Positions 42,586 through 51,780 of a stretch of DNA of 64,000 nucleotides are shown here, piece by piece. Origin of the DNA: Bacillota bacterium. Its GTDB lineage: Bacteria; Bacillota; DTU025. The translations under genes were made by a program, and so were the position numbers. The notes below the pieces were generated by a model, which worked only from the letters and a program-made list of their open reading frames with translations, did no database searches and was not told the DNA's origin. How positions within the stretch are numbered: position 1 is the stretch's first letter; each line of letters begins with the position of its first letter. The stretch is taken from positions 96,001-160,000 of the forward strand of contig JBMNJT010000004.1 of assembly GCA_050951805.1 (NCBI GenBank), written 5' to 3'.

Positions 42586-43440
42586 TCATAGACAGTCATA
42601 GCGTTGGCGTAATGTATCTAAGCGACTGAGCTGCTCTACAGCATCATCGCCTTTTGCGAGCATAACGCCGAGGATCAATGCATCTACCAACGCAAGGGGG
42701 GCCCCCATGGGTCTGAAGGCCTCCATCGGACCGCGTTGAACAAGGAATACTTGGGTTGCCAGAGGATGCATTTTGGAATCAATGAGATCGGTGACGAGCA
42801 GGCTTTGTCCACCTTCTTGATTGAGGTGTTCAAGTATAGCCATGGCTTCTAAGGTTACCCGGCGGAAAGCAAAAACTATAGCCAGATCTTCTGATCCTGC
42901 TTGGAATATCTTGTCGAACAGACGCCTTCCGGTCTGGTTTACGCGGACTACCTGGCAACCAAGGCGCGATAGCCAGAAATCCGCAAGCACTGTAATGCTG
43001 GCCGGAGCGCCCTCGCCGAAAACAATCACTCGCCGAGCGCTGATTATTCTTTGCACTGCTTCTTCAACTTGTGCATCATTGACGCTTTGAAGGAGAAGCT
43101 GCAAGCTTTTTATGGTTTCACTTACTACCATGGTCAATGGGCCTGCATTATCCGATTGTGCGTGGACCATTGCAGCAACTCTGCTGGATGAGCGAAACTG
43201 CTTCAGCAGTTCTGTTTGTAGCTGCTGTCGCATGTCGGGGTATCCGTTGAATTCGAGCATCTGGGCAAATCTGACTACCGTGGCCTCGCTAAGATCCATG
43301 CAACAAGCGAGATCAGCACTGGACATCATGGCGACTTCCGGCATGTTTTGCAGTACGAAGTCGGCGAGACGCTGCTGACTCTTGGTCATAGAAGCATATT
43401 TTGAATGGATTCGCTCAGTGACAATCCCGAGGTTTTCCAC
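42586..43440 (-). CDS. RpiR/MurR-family regulator
   Basis: SEATVVRFAQMLEFNGY HTH plus SIS domain. Confidence 0.92.
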   Translation of the reverse strand: MENLGIVTERIHSKYASMTKSQQRLADFVLQNMPEVAMMSSADLACCMDLSEATVVRFAQMLEFNGYPDMRQQLQTELLKQFRSSSRVAAMVHAQSDNAGPLTMVVSETIKSLQLLLQSVNDAQVEEAVQRIISARRVIVFGEGAPASITVLADFWLSRLGCQVVRVNQTGRRLFDKIFQAGSEDLAIVFAFRRVTLEAMAILEHLNQEGGQSLLVTDLIDSKMHPLATQVFLVQRGPMEAFRPMGAPLALVDALILGVMLAKGDDAVEQLSRLDTLRQRYDCL

Positions 43441-43629
43441 GCTAATTCACCATCCTGTTGGAGAATGGCCGACATGGGCTAAAGTTTATATTCAACATAT
43501 CTTGCAACATTCCTTCTTGTGCAAGATATATTACATATACATGGCTGGAGGAGACGAATGCCTGATAGATAAAGTTCATTTTGATGATAACAGGGCAACA
43601 GAGCGTTGGGTCGGGTGGACCGATTAAGG

Positions 43630-43674
43630 AAAAGGAACACCTCCGGGGCGCACCGCCCCGAAGATGTTCCTTTT
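43630..43674. terminator. Intrinsic terminator after the ABC exporter genes
   Basis: AAAAGGAACA..CGGGGCG-CAC-CGCCCCG..TGTTCCTTTT hairpin. Confidence 0.75.
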
Positions 43675-43691
43675 ATGCTTTACCTTAAAGC

Positions 43692-45641
43692 TTACACCGC
43701 TTCATCGTACGCCCCGGCAAATTGGCTGTTGTAGAGGTCGTAGTAGAATCCGCGGGCTGCCATGAGCTCCTCATGGTTGCCCTGCTCCACGATGCGTCCA
43801 TTATCCATTACCAGGATAGTGTCGGCATTGCGTATTGTCGAGAGGCGGTGGGCTATAACAAAGCTTGTTCTGCCACGCATCAGCTCTGCCATGGCCTCTT
43901 GTATCAGTACCTCGGTACGGGTATCCACCGAGCTTGTAGCCTCGTCGAGAATGAGGATATCGGGGTCGGCGAGGAAAGCTCGGGCGATTGTGAGCAGCTG
44001 TTTCTGCCCTTGGGATATGTTGGATGCCTCATCGCCCAGCTCGGTATCGTACCCTTTAGGCAGAGTCCTGACGAAGTGGTCGACATGGGCCGCGCGGGCC
44101 GCGGCCAGTATCTCCTCTTCGGTGGCATCCTCGCGCCCGTAGGCGATGTTGTCGCGTATGGTCCCGTTGAAGAGCCATGTGTCCTGAAGGACCATCCCGA
44201 ATAATCTCCTCAGGTCGTTTCGGGCCATGTCGCGGATGTCAATGCCGTCTATGGAGATGCTTCCCCCATCCAGCTCGTAGAATCTCATCAAGAGGTTGAC
44301 TACGGTGGTTTTGCCAGCGCCAGTGGGCCCGACTATGGCTACTGTCTGTCCTGGCTTAACCTCGAGGTTCATGTCCTCAATCAGCGGCACATCAGGCTTA
44401 TATCTAAACGAGACGTTCTTGAAGACCACATGGCCTTCTACCTTTTCCAGGACTACAGGGTTTTCGGTGTCAGGCGTCTCCTCTTCCTCGTCGAGGAGCT
44501 CGAACACGCGCTCAGCTGAGGCCACTGTTGACTGAAGCACATTCATGATGCTAGCTGTCTGGACTATCGGCTGAGTAAACTGCCTTGAATACTGGATGAA
44601 GGCTTGGACGTCTCCGAGGGAGAGGACGCCATTGGCGACCTTCATACCCCCTATCACGCAGATTGCCACGTAGTTTAGGTTATTGATGAACTGCATGGCC
44701 GGCTGGATAGTGCTTGAGATAAAGTGCGCCTTGAAGCTGGCCTGGTAGAGGCGGTCGTTTTCCTTATCGAACTCGTCGATCGCCTCTTGCTGGCGGTTGA
44801 AGGCCTTTACTATCCGATGGCCGGTGTACATTTCCTCTATATGTCCGTTGAGCGCGCCGGTGCTGTCCCATTGCTCCGCAAACTGCTTCTGGGAGCGTTT
44901 GGCGATGAACAGCGTGACGATAACGCCCAAGGGCAATACTACCAGAGCAATTGCGGCAAGCAGCGGGCTGATGGAAAACATCATTATCAACACGCCGATT
45001 ACCGTAAACGTCGCCGTAACCAGCTGCGTCAGGCTTTGCTGAAGCGTGCTGGCGATGTTGTCTATGTCATTTGTCACCCGGCTCAGGATCTCTCCCCGCG
45101 TGTTGCTGTCGTAGTATTTCAGAGGCAGCCTCCCAAGTTTTGCATCCGCCTCTTTGCGCAGGCTGTACACGGTGCGCTGGGAGATTCCGGCCATGATGTA
45201 GTGCTGCAGCCAACTGAACAAGGCGTTGGCGATGTATATTCCGACAAGTATGAGCAGTATTCGCTTGATGGCCTCGAAATCGACGCCGGCGCCGGGGACG
45301 ATGTTCATTCCCGCCACCATATCGGCCATCTGGTCCTTGCCGGCAGCCTTGAGCATGCTAATGATCTGTTCCTTGCCAAGTCCAGGAGGAAGCTGCTTCC
45401 CGATGACTCCTTCAAAGAGGATGTTCGTGGCTTTGCCCAGGATCTTCGGCCCAGCAATGGTCAGGACGACGCAGACTATGGATAAAACCATGACGATGAT
45501 GAGCTGCGTCTTGTGCGGTTTGAGATACCCGAACAGCCTCTTCAACGACCCCTTGAAGTCGCGCGCTTTTTCTCCGGGCATCATGGCGCCTCGGGGACCA
45601 TGTCCTCGCTGGCGTCGTGCTGCTGTTTTCTCTTCACTCAT
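43692..45641 (-). CDS. Heterodimeric ABC exporter subunit (TM288-like)
   Basis: TMD plus GPTGAGKTT, ISQGQKQ, LDEATSSVD. Confidence 0.93.
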   Translation of the reverse strand: MSEEKTAARRQRGHGPRGAMMPGEKARDFKGSLKRLFGYLKPHKTQLIIVMVLSIVCVVLTIAGPKILGKATNILFEGVIGKQLPPGLGKEQIISMLKAAGKDQMADMVAGMNIVPGAGVDFEAIKRILLILVGIYIANALFSWLQHYIMAGISQRTVYSLRKEADAKLGRLPLKYYDSNTRGEILSRVTNDIDNIASTLQQSLTQLVTATFTVIGVLIMMFSISPLLAAIALVVLPLGVIVTLFIAKRSQKQFAEQWDSTGALNGHIEEMYTGHRIVKAFNRQQEAIDEFDKENDRLYQASFKAHFISSTIQPAMQFINNLNYVAICVIGGMKVANGVLSLGDVQAFIQYSRQFTQPIVQTASIMNVLQSTVASAERVFELLDEEEETPDTENPVVLEKVEGHVVFKNVSFRYKPDVPLIEDMNLEVKPGQTVAIVGPTGAGKTTVVNLLMRFYELDGGSISIDGIDIRDMARNDLRRLFGMVLQDTWLFNGTIRDNIAYGREDATEEEILAAARAAHVDHFVRTLPKGYDTELGDEASNISQGQKQLLTIARAFLADPDILILDEATSSVDTRTEVLIQEAMAELMRGRTSFVIAHRLSTIRNADTILVMDNGRIVEQGNHEELMAARGFYYDLYNSQFAGAYDEAV

Positions 45642-47377
45642 GCGACTTCCTCCTCTGAAAGCTGTGAGAGGACGATCTCACGATATACGGAACAGAGCTT
45701 CATCAGTTCCTCATGTGTCCCCATTCCCACGATCTCGCCTTTGTCGAGCACGATTATGCGTTCGGCATTCATGATAGTGCTCACACGCTGCGCCACGATG
45801 AAGACTATGGCGTCATCCACTTCGTCATTGAGCGCGGCGCGAAGTGCGGCGTCGGTCTTGAAGTCAAGTGCGGAGAAGCTGTCATCGAAGACGTATATCT
45901 TCGGCCTTTTCACCAAGGCTCGCGCGATGGCTAGGCGCTGCTTCTGCCCTCCCGAGAAGTTCGTTCCTCCCTGAGAGACTGGGGCTTCAAGCTGTCCGGG
46001 CATCTCGGCGACGAAGTCGGCTGCCTGGGCTATGCGCAGGGCATGCCAGAGTTCGTCGTCGGTGGCATCGCGCTTTCCGTAGCGCAGGTTGCTGGCAATT
46101 GTCCCGCTAAAAAGGAAGGCTTTCTGTGGGACAAAGCCTATCTTGTTCCTCAGGTCCTCCTCAGGTATTTCCCGTATGTCTACTCCATCTATGAGCAGGC
46201 TGCCGCCGGTCACATCGTAGAAGCGGGGGATGAGGTTGATCAGAGTGGACTTCCCGCATCCTGTGCCGCCGACGATGGCGGTGGTTTCGCCCGGATAGGC
46301 GATGAAGGAGATTCCGCGCAGGACCGGAGTCTCTGCGCCCGGGTATGTGAACTCTACATCCCTAAATTCGACGCTCGCGTCGGAGTCGGCGGTGCCTGGG
46401 TTGAGCGCGGCCGGCGCCTTGGGGGCGGAGATAGACGGCTCAGTCTCGAGAACTTCGAGGATTCGTTCGGCCGAGGCACTGGCCCGCGGGATCATGATGA
46501 ACATCACTGTGGCCATCATCACCGCAATGAGGATTTGCATGGTGTAGGCGATGAAGGCTGTAAGGTTTCCTATGGGCATGGCCCCGCTGTCGATTCTGTG
46601 TGCGCCGAACCACATAATGGCTGCCATGGAGATGTTGACTATGAGCATCAGCAGCGGCATGGTGATGGCGACCATCCTGTTGATCTTCAAGGCTGTGGTT
46701 GTGAGATCGAGGTTGGCCTCATCGAATCGCGCCTCTTCGTAGTCGGTTTTAACAAAGGCTCTGATGACCCGGACTCCGGCAAGCTTCTCGCGGACTACCT
46801 GGTTGAGCCTGTCTATTTTTACCTGCATCGACTTGAATAGCGGCAGGGCGCGTCGCATGATCACACCGATGACCACGGCCATTACCGGCACAATGATGAT
46901 GATGGATATGGACAATGGCACGTCCTGGCGGAGAGCCATGATGATGCCGCCGATGCACATTACAGGGGCGGAGATCATGACGTTTAGGGTTATGAGGACT
47001 GCCATCTGTACCTGCTGCACGTCGTTGGTGGTGCGGGTTATGAGTGAGGGTGTACCGAATTGGTCCACCTCTGCCTGGGAAAAACTCTGCACCTTGCGGA
47101 AAACGTCGCTCCTGAGGTCTCGGCCGAAGGACATTGCTGTTTTCGATCCCCAATATACCGAGACCACGGAGCATGCCGCCAGCAGTAAGGTGACGAGCAG
47201 CATGAACCCGCCTGTCTTCAGGATGTATTCGGTGTCGCCCCTAGCGATGCCGTTGTTGATGATATCGGCATTGAGGTCGGGCAGGTACAAATTGGCAATA
47301 GCCTGGACCAGAAGGAGTGCCATTACGAGGAACAGCTGCTTTTGGTAGGGCTTGAGGTATTGAAGTAGTTTTGTCAT
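45638..47377 (-). CDS. Heterodimeric ABC exporter subunit (TM287-like)
   Basis: TMD plus GGTGCGKST, FSGGQKQR, degenerate FDDSFSALD. Confidence 0.93.
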   Translation of the reverse strand: MTKLLQYLKPYQKQLFLVMALLLVQAIANLYLPDLNADIINNGIARGDTEYILKTGGFMLLVTLLLAACSVVSVYWGSKTAMSFGRDLRSDVFRKVQSFSQAEVDQFGTPSLITRTTNDVQQVQMAVLITLNVMISAPVMCIGGIIMALRQDVPLSISIIIIVPVMAVVIGVIMRRALPLFKSMQVKIDRLNQVVREKLAGVRVIRAFVKTDYEEARFDEANLDLTTTALKINRMVAITMPLLMLIVNISMAAIMWFGAHRIDSGAMPIGNLTAFIAYTMQILIAVMMATVMFIMIPRASASAERILEVLETEPSISAPKAPAALNPGTADSDASVEFRDVEFTYPGAETPVLRGISFIAYPGETTAIVGGTGCGKSTLINLIPRFYDVTGGSLLIDGVDIREIPEEDLRNKIGFVPQKAFLFSGTIASNLRYGKRDATDDELWHALRIAQAADFVAEMPGQLEAPVSQGGTNFSGGQKQRLAIARALVKRPKIYVFDDSFSALDFKTDAALRAALNDEVDDAIVFIVAQRVSTIMNAERIIVLDKGEIVGMGTHEELMKLCSVYREIVLSQLSEEEVA

Positions 47378-47407
47378 TCAGAAACTGACACCTCTCATGT
47401 AAGCAAA

Positions 47408-47887
47408 TCAAAGCTCCTGTGATATGTTGGAACACAGGGCGCTCAGGAGCCTGTCGAATTCTTCGCGGTCGCCGGAAGGCATTTTGCCGAAGGTGGCGTT
47501 GACGAAGTCCGCAAGCGCCTCGTTCATCTCTTCCTGTATTTTGCGTCCTGCATCAGTCAAGTATATGCGGGACAGTCGTTGGTCCTCCTCATCCGTTTTT
47601 CGGACTATCGTGCCTGCAGCCTCCATCTTCTGAAGCATCACGGTTACCGTGGATGACGCCACATGAAGCTTTCGGGCTAGGTCCCGCTGGGCAATGCCGT
47701 CATGACCGCTGAGGACCCAGAGGCATCCGGCTTGTCCGGGGTAAATTTCCTTTTCAGACAGCACTTTGAAGATTAGCTGGCGATACAAGCGCATTGCCTT
47801 GAAAAAGGAATGGAAGACGCGCAACGATAGAGGATCGACTCCATAAAGCTCTGTGACGGGCGTGGGATCATATGTCGATGAATGCAC
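47408..47887 (-). CDS. MarR-family regulator
   Basis: DGIAQRDLA..STVTVMLQKME..DEEDQR..IYLT; GTG start after AAGGGGG. Confidence 0.9.
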   Translation of the reverse strand: MHSSTYDPTPVTELYGVDPLSLRVFHSFFKAMRLYRQLIFKVLSEKEIYPGQAGCLWVLSGHDGIAQRDLARKLHVASSTVTVMLQKMEAAGTIVRKTDEEDQRLSRIYLTDAGRKIQEEMNEALADFVNATFGKMPSGDREEFDRLLSALCSNISQEL

Positions 47888-47948
47888 TGTTAGACCCCCT
47901 TTCAGCGATCGTAGGCCAGGCCCCGAGCACATAATCGTTGCCATGCTA

Positions 47949-47968
47949 ATAGGTAGCATGCTAACTAT
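47949..47968. promoter_or_regulatory. Candidate MarR operator
   Basis: Near-perfect palindrome ATAGGTAGCATGCTAACTAT upstream of the MarR gene. Confidence 0.6.
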
Positions 47969-48518
47969 ATGCGTAATGTATTGTAGCGCGTCTTGGCTGC
48001 GAGGTCAACAGGGATGTGTTGAGGGTGGCTGGGAATCAGTAGTATGAAGCTCTTAGCGTCTGGGCGGGCTCCGTGGGAGGGGATTTCGCGTCCCCGTACA
48101 CGCTGCAAACTCTATCCGCTGCTAATAGAGGGGTTTAGGTCCGTTTCGCCAACGCCTGCTGCGCTCAATTCGAATGCTCTCCCTCCTGACCTTTTCCGGC
48201 TATACTGCGAATCGTCAGATTTGCCCCGCATAGCATCGGTATGTCCAGTCCGAATGCTTCTATGAGCTTGGATAGATACTCTACTGCCTGTAGTATGCCT
48301 TTTTGTTTCCCACAGCGGAGCTATTCGATTGTCCGTATAAGACTTTGAAAGCTCAAAGCTTCGGTGTTCGCACCAACGTGTTCGCGTGGCCGAGTTGAGA
48401 TTCTTCCATTACAATGACAGTTGACAAGCGGCATCTTTAGGGGCGGGAGCCATGCTCCGATGTTCTGCCTTTTAGTCTCAGGTGGCATATTGTCCACTTT
48501 GCCAAAGGGGGCTCCGAT

Positions 48519-49073
48519 ATGAACGGGGAATTGGAAAAAATGCTCTCGGGCGAGCTTTACGACGCCGGCGACCCTGAGTTGTACCGTATGCGTCTCAGAG
48601 CTCGCCGGTTGACCCGGGAGTTTAACGCCACAACGGAAGAGGAACACGACTTGCGTGCGACGATTTTGAAGGAGCTGTTTGCATCGGTGGGCAGCGCCTT
48701 CATTGAGCCGCCTTTCTACTGCGATTATGGAAGTAACATATGCGTCGGCAAGAACTTCTACATGAATTTCAACTGCGTCATTCTTGACTGCGCTGCAGTT
48801 GAGATCGGTGACAACGTCATGGCCGGTCCCGGGGTTCATATCTACACTGCATACCACCCGCTTGATGCCGCAGTGAGGGTGCAAGGCCTTGAACTTGCGG
48901 CGCCAGTCAAAATAGGAAACAACGTCTGGATAGGCGGAGGGGCCATAATATGCCCTGGGGTTGTCATCGGCGATAACACAACGATCGGAGCGGGAAGCGT
49001 GGTGACTAGGGACGTTTTGGCCAATGTGTTCGCAGCGGGGAATCCCTGTCGGGTGATGAGAGACTTGGAGTAG
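48519..49073 (+). CDS. maa: Sugar (maltose) O-acetyltransferase
   Basis: KMLSGELY, EPPFYCDYG, hexapeptide repeats, AGNPCRV. Confidence 0.9.
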   Translation: MNGELEKMLSGELYDAGDPELYRMRLRARRLTREFNATTEEEHDLRATILKELFASVGSAFIEPPFYCDYGSNICVGKNFYMNFNCVILDCAAVEIGDNVMAGPGVHIYTAYHPLDAAVRVQGLELAAPVKIGNNVWIGGGAIICPGVVIGDNTTIGAGSVVTRDVLANVFAAGNPCRVMRDLE

Positions 49074-49219
49074 CGCTCATTTTTCCGGCTCGGGAACGGC
49101 GGCGGATTCGTCACTGGGCGGGGAATCGATTGTTGATGGAGGAGAAAGGAGTGGGCTGCCCGAACGCTTATCAGAACTGATGCAGCCTTTCGATTGTATA
49201 TATTTGATGGGGGACGTGT

Positions 49220-49948
49220 ATGGATCTTCTTGTTGATGCCGACATTCTGGCGTGCCAGTACGCGTACGTGTATGAAGCGAGCCGTGGATGGGACGCGGGC
49301 GATGACTTTGATATAGATGACGCAGGCTGGGCGATTTCTGGGTTTGATTCGGCGGTTGTTCGGATGATGAACGAGACGGGAACGGAAAATGCGATCCTTT
49401 GCTTTACCGGCAGGGATAACTTCAGGTACTCGATACTGCCTACATACAAATCGAATCGGCGGGGCAAGCCCAGGCCGGTGCTTCTGGATGTGCTTATTGA
49501 ACATGCGTGGGATATATGGAACTGCAAGTCAGTCGATTGCCTTGAGGCGGATGATGTGATGGGGATTATGGCGACTAGGTGGCCTGGGCGCTATGTAGTG
49601 GCCAGCACCGACAAGGATTTGAAGCAGATTCCCGGGCTCCATTACAACTGGAAGAAGGAGAGGGTTGCAGAAGTCGATCAGCGCCGGGCTGATTACTGGT
49701 TCTACTTTCAGGTGCTCACCGGTGATTCTACAGATGGGTATGCGGGGTGTCCCGGCATTGGCGAATGCAGGGCCAGGCGGGTTTTGGAGGATGCTGCTCC
49801 TGACATGTGGGCGCGGGTTGTGGCCGCCTTCGAGTCCCGGGGGTTGACTGAGGAGGACGCTCTTATTCAGGCAAGGGTAGCCCGAATCCTGCGAGCAGAT
49901 GACTACGATTTCGAAGAGAGCCAGCCTATCCTCTGGAGCCCGGCTTGA
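49220..49948 (+). CDS. T7 gp6-like 5'-3' exonuclease
   Basis: VDADIL, NFR..PTYKSNR, LEADDVMGI, DKDLKQIPG, GDSTDGYAGCPG, ARILRADDYD..ILWSP. Confidence 0.85.
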   Translation: MDLLVDADILACQYAYVYEASRGWDAGDDFDIDDAGWAISGFDSAVVRMMNETGTENAILCFTGRDNFRYSILPTYKSNRRGKPRPVLLDVLIEHAWDIWNCKSVDCLEADDVMGIMATRWPGRYVVASTDKDLKQIPGLHYNWKKERVAEVDQRRADYWFYFQVLTGDSTDGYAGCPGIGECRARRVLEDAAPDMWARVVAAFESRGLTEEDALIQARVARILRADDYDFEESQPILWSPA

Positions 49949-50253
49949 ATGTGTAATAAGTCTGCTCCCGTCGGTGGCTTCGGTGCCGATCTTAGCAGTG
50001 ATAAACCACATTGTCTGTACCGATTTTCTGCCTTCCCCGCGGCTTTGCTGCAGATATGCATGACGCGGGTTTTGTTTTGCCTTCCGGCGCTTGTCTCTTG
50101 CAAGGCGTTGACGGGGATGGTTTTGATTCTCCTTCAGATGCCTGAGGATGTGCGGCCCAACTTATTTCTAGCTTTGATTGGGAAATACCGGATTCGGCTC
50201 ACACTCAACTAATGGGGCGCTCGTCGCGGCCACCTGGGATTGAAAACCCAACC

Positions 50254-51764
50254 TGTCAACCGACTGTGAAAATGTCACCCCTTTTGGGGGTTAATCCGTC
50301 TGAGAAAATGTCACCCCCTGTGGTTGTGTTCCGCTGGCGAGCCCGCGCATTATGCGCAGGCTCGCGGCCGATTGAGATTAGGGTGCCGCCAGCGGGAAAC
50401 TGTTGTTTTGTCTGTTTTTGGTCTGGGTTGCCTAGCGTGCTTGTTGAATGCGTTGTTGACGCTCGTAGCTCGCATGTTTCCAGGGATGATCATCCGGGGG
50501 CTTCCATGGCATCCTCGGGGCTTTAGGCTCTTGGGCTGCAGCCGAGGCTGAGTCTTCGATCGCCGGTGTGGAGTTGAACTCGGCTAGGCTGTAGCATTTT
50601 CCCTTGTAGAGTGCGTTGATTGACCCGTCCATGTGCGTAAGCACGAAAACGGGATCCCTCCTGGCCAATCCGACAACATGGCCGTATGCGTCCAGAAGAC
50701 GGAACTTGGTGCCATGGTAGGATATGAGTGATCCTCCCAGCCCTTGACGAGATTCCCTGATCGAAAGAATCATGTCGAGATCCATGTCGGGGGGCGGGTG
50801 TCTCATCAGCTGCAGGAACGGCAAAGCGGGCGTTGTACCTGGGGATATATCTGAGGAGGAACTCATTTGCCTGTTCGATTGTGTTGATTCCGGCGAGGCG
50901 CATTTCAATAGGCAGTCTTCCCTGAAGCGTCTCCCATGCGCGCTCAATGCGGCCCTTTGCTTGAGGCGAATGCGCTGGTATGTGAGTGATCTGTAGTTCG
51001 TCGAGAATGCGGCCTATCTGGGTAAGGTTGACCCGTTTGCCCTGGAGTTGTTCTTCGATGGTGAGCTTGTCCATCTTGGGCGAGAAAAACATGGTATGGC
51101 GGTCAGAATACAAGCACAGCGGTATGCCGTTGTTCTCAAGCACCTGACGGAACACATGGAGGTATCCTATGATGTCTTCCTGAGGCCTGAAATACAGGCC
51201 CAGGATGGCTCCGGTGGCGTCGTCGATGATCCCATGAAGCGACATAGCTGGGCCTCTTCCTTCGAGCCAGTCGTAGGGACTGGCGTCGCATTGGAGCAAG
51301 ATGCCCGATTGGGGTTTTCGCTCTCGCATGCGTCTGTGGCGCGGGGCTCTTTTGGTGGAGCACACTATCCCGGCTTTTTTCAGCAATCGTTGTACAGTGC
51401 GTGGACTCACCGAGATCTGATAGCCCTCTGCCATGAGCTCGGACATATGGGTGCAATTTGCGTCTTTCAGGTCGGTCTGAGCTAGCTCTATGATGCGTGA
51501 TGGGTCTAAAGGCTTGCGTCCGGCATTGCCATGCCCCAGGGCCTGGACCCCGTTACTCTGCATCTCCTTTTTGATCCGTTTGATCTGGCGGACACTTAAT
51601 CCAAGCATCTTGGCAGCCTGCGCGTTTGTGATTTGCCCGGCGGCAAGCTGATCCATTACGAAGACCCTCTTCCGTACTTTTTCCGTCAAGATGACGTCCC
51701 CCTTGTTCATGGGTGACATTATCTCAGACGCGTTATGGGGTGACAATATCACAGACGCGTAACA
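50254..51764 (-). mobile_element. IS1202/ISNCY-like element, copy 1 (frameshifted transposase)
   Basis: Ends TGTCAACCGACTGTGAAAATGTCACCCC / GGGGTGACAATATCACAGACGCGTAACA with internal repeated boxes; 1511 bp; 14-nt deletion near 50790 shifts the frame. Confidence 0.9.
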
Positions 51765-51780
51765 GATTGAAAACCCAACC

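Noticed and set aside
43722-47348. Numerous long antisense ORFs over the ABC exporter genes (and similar ones elsewhere)
   Set aside because: Shadow frames of GC-rich coding sequence with no recognisable motifs.
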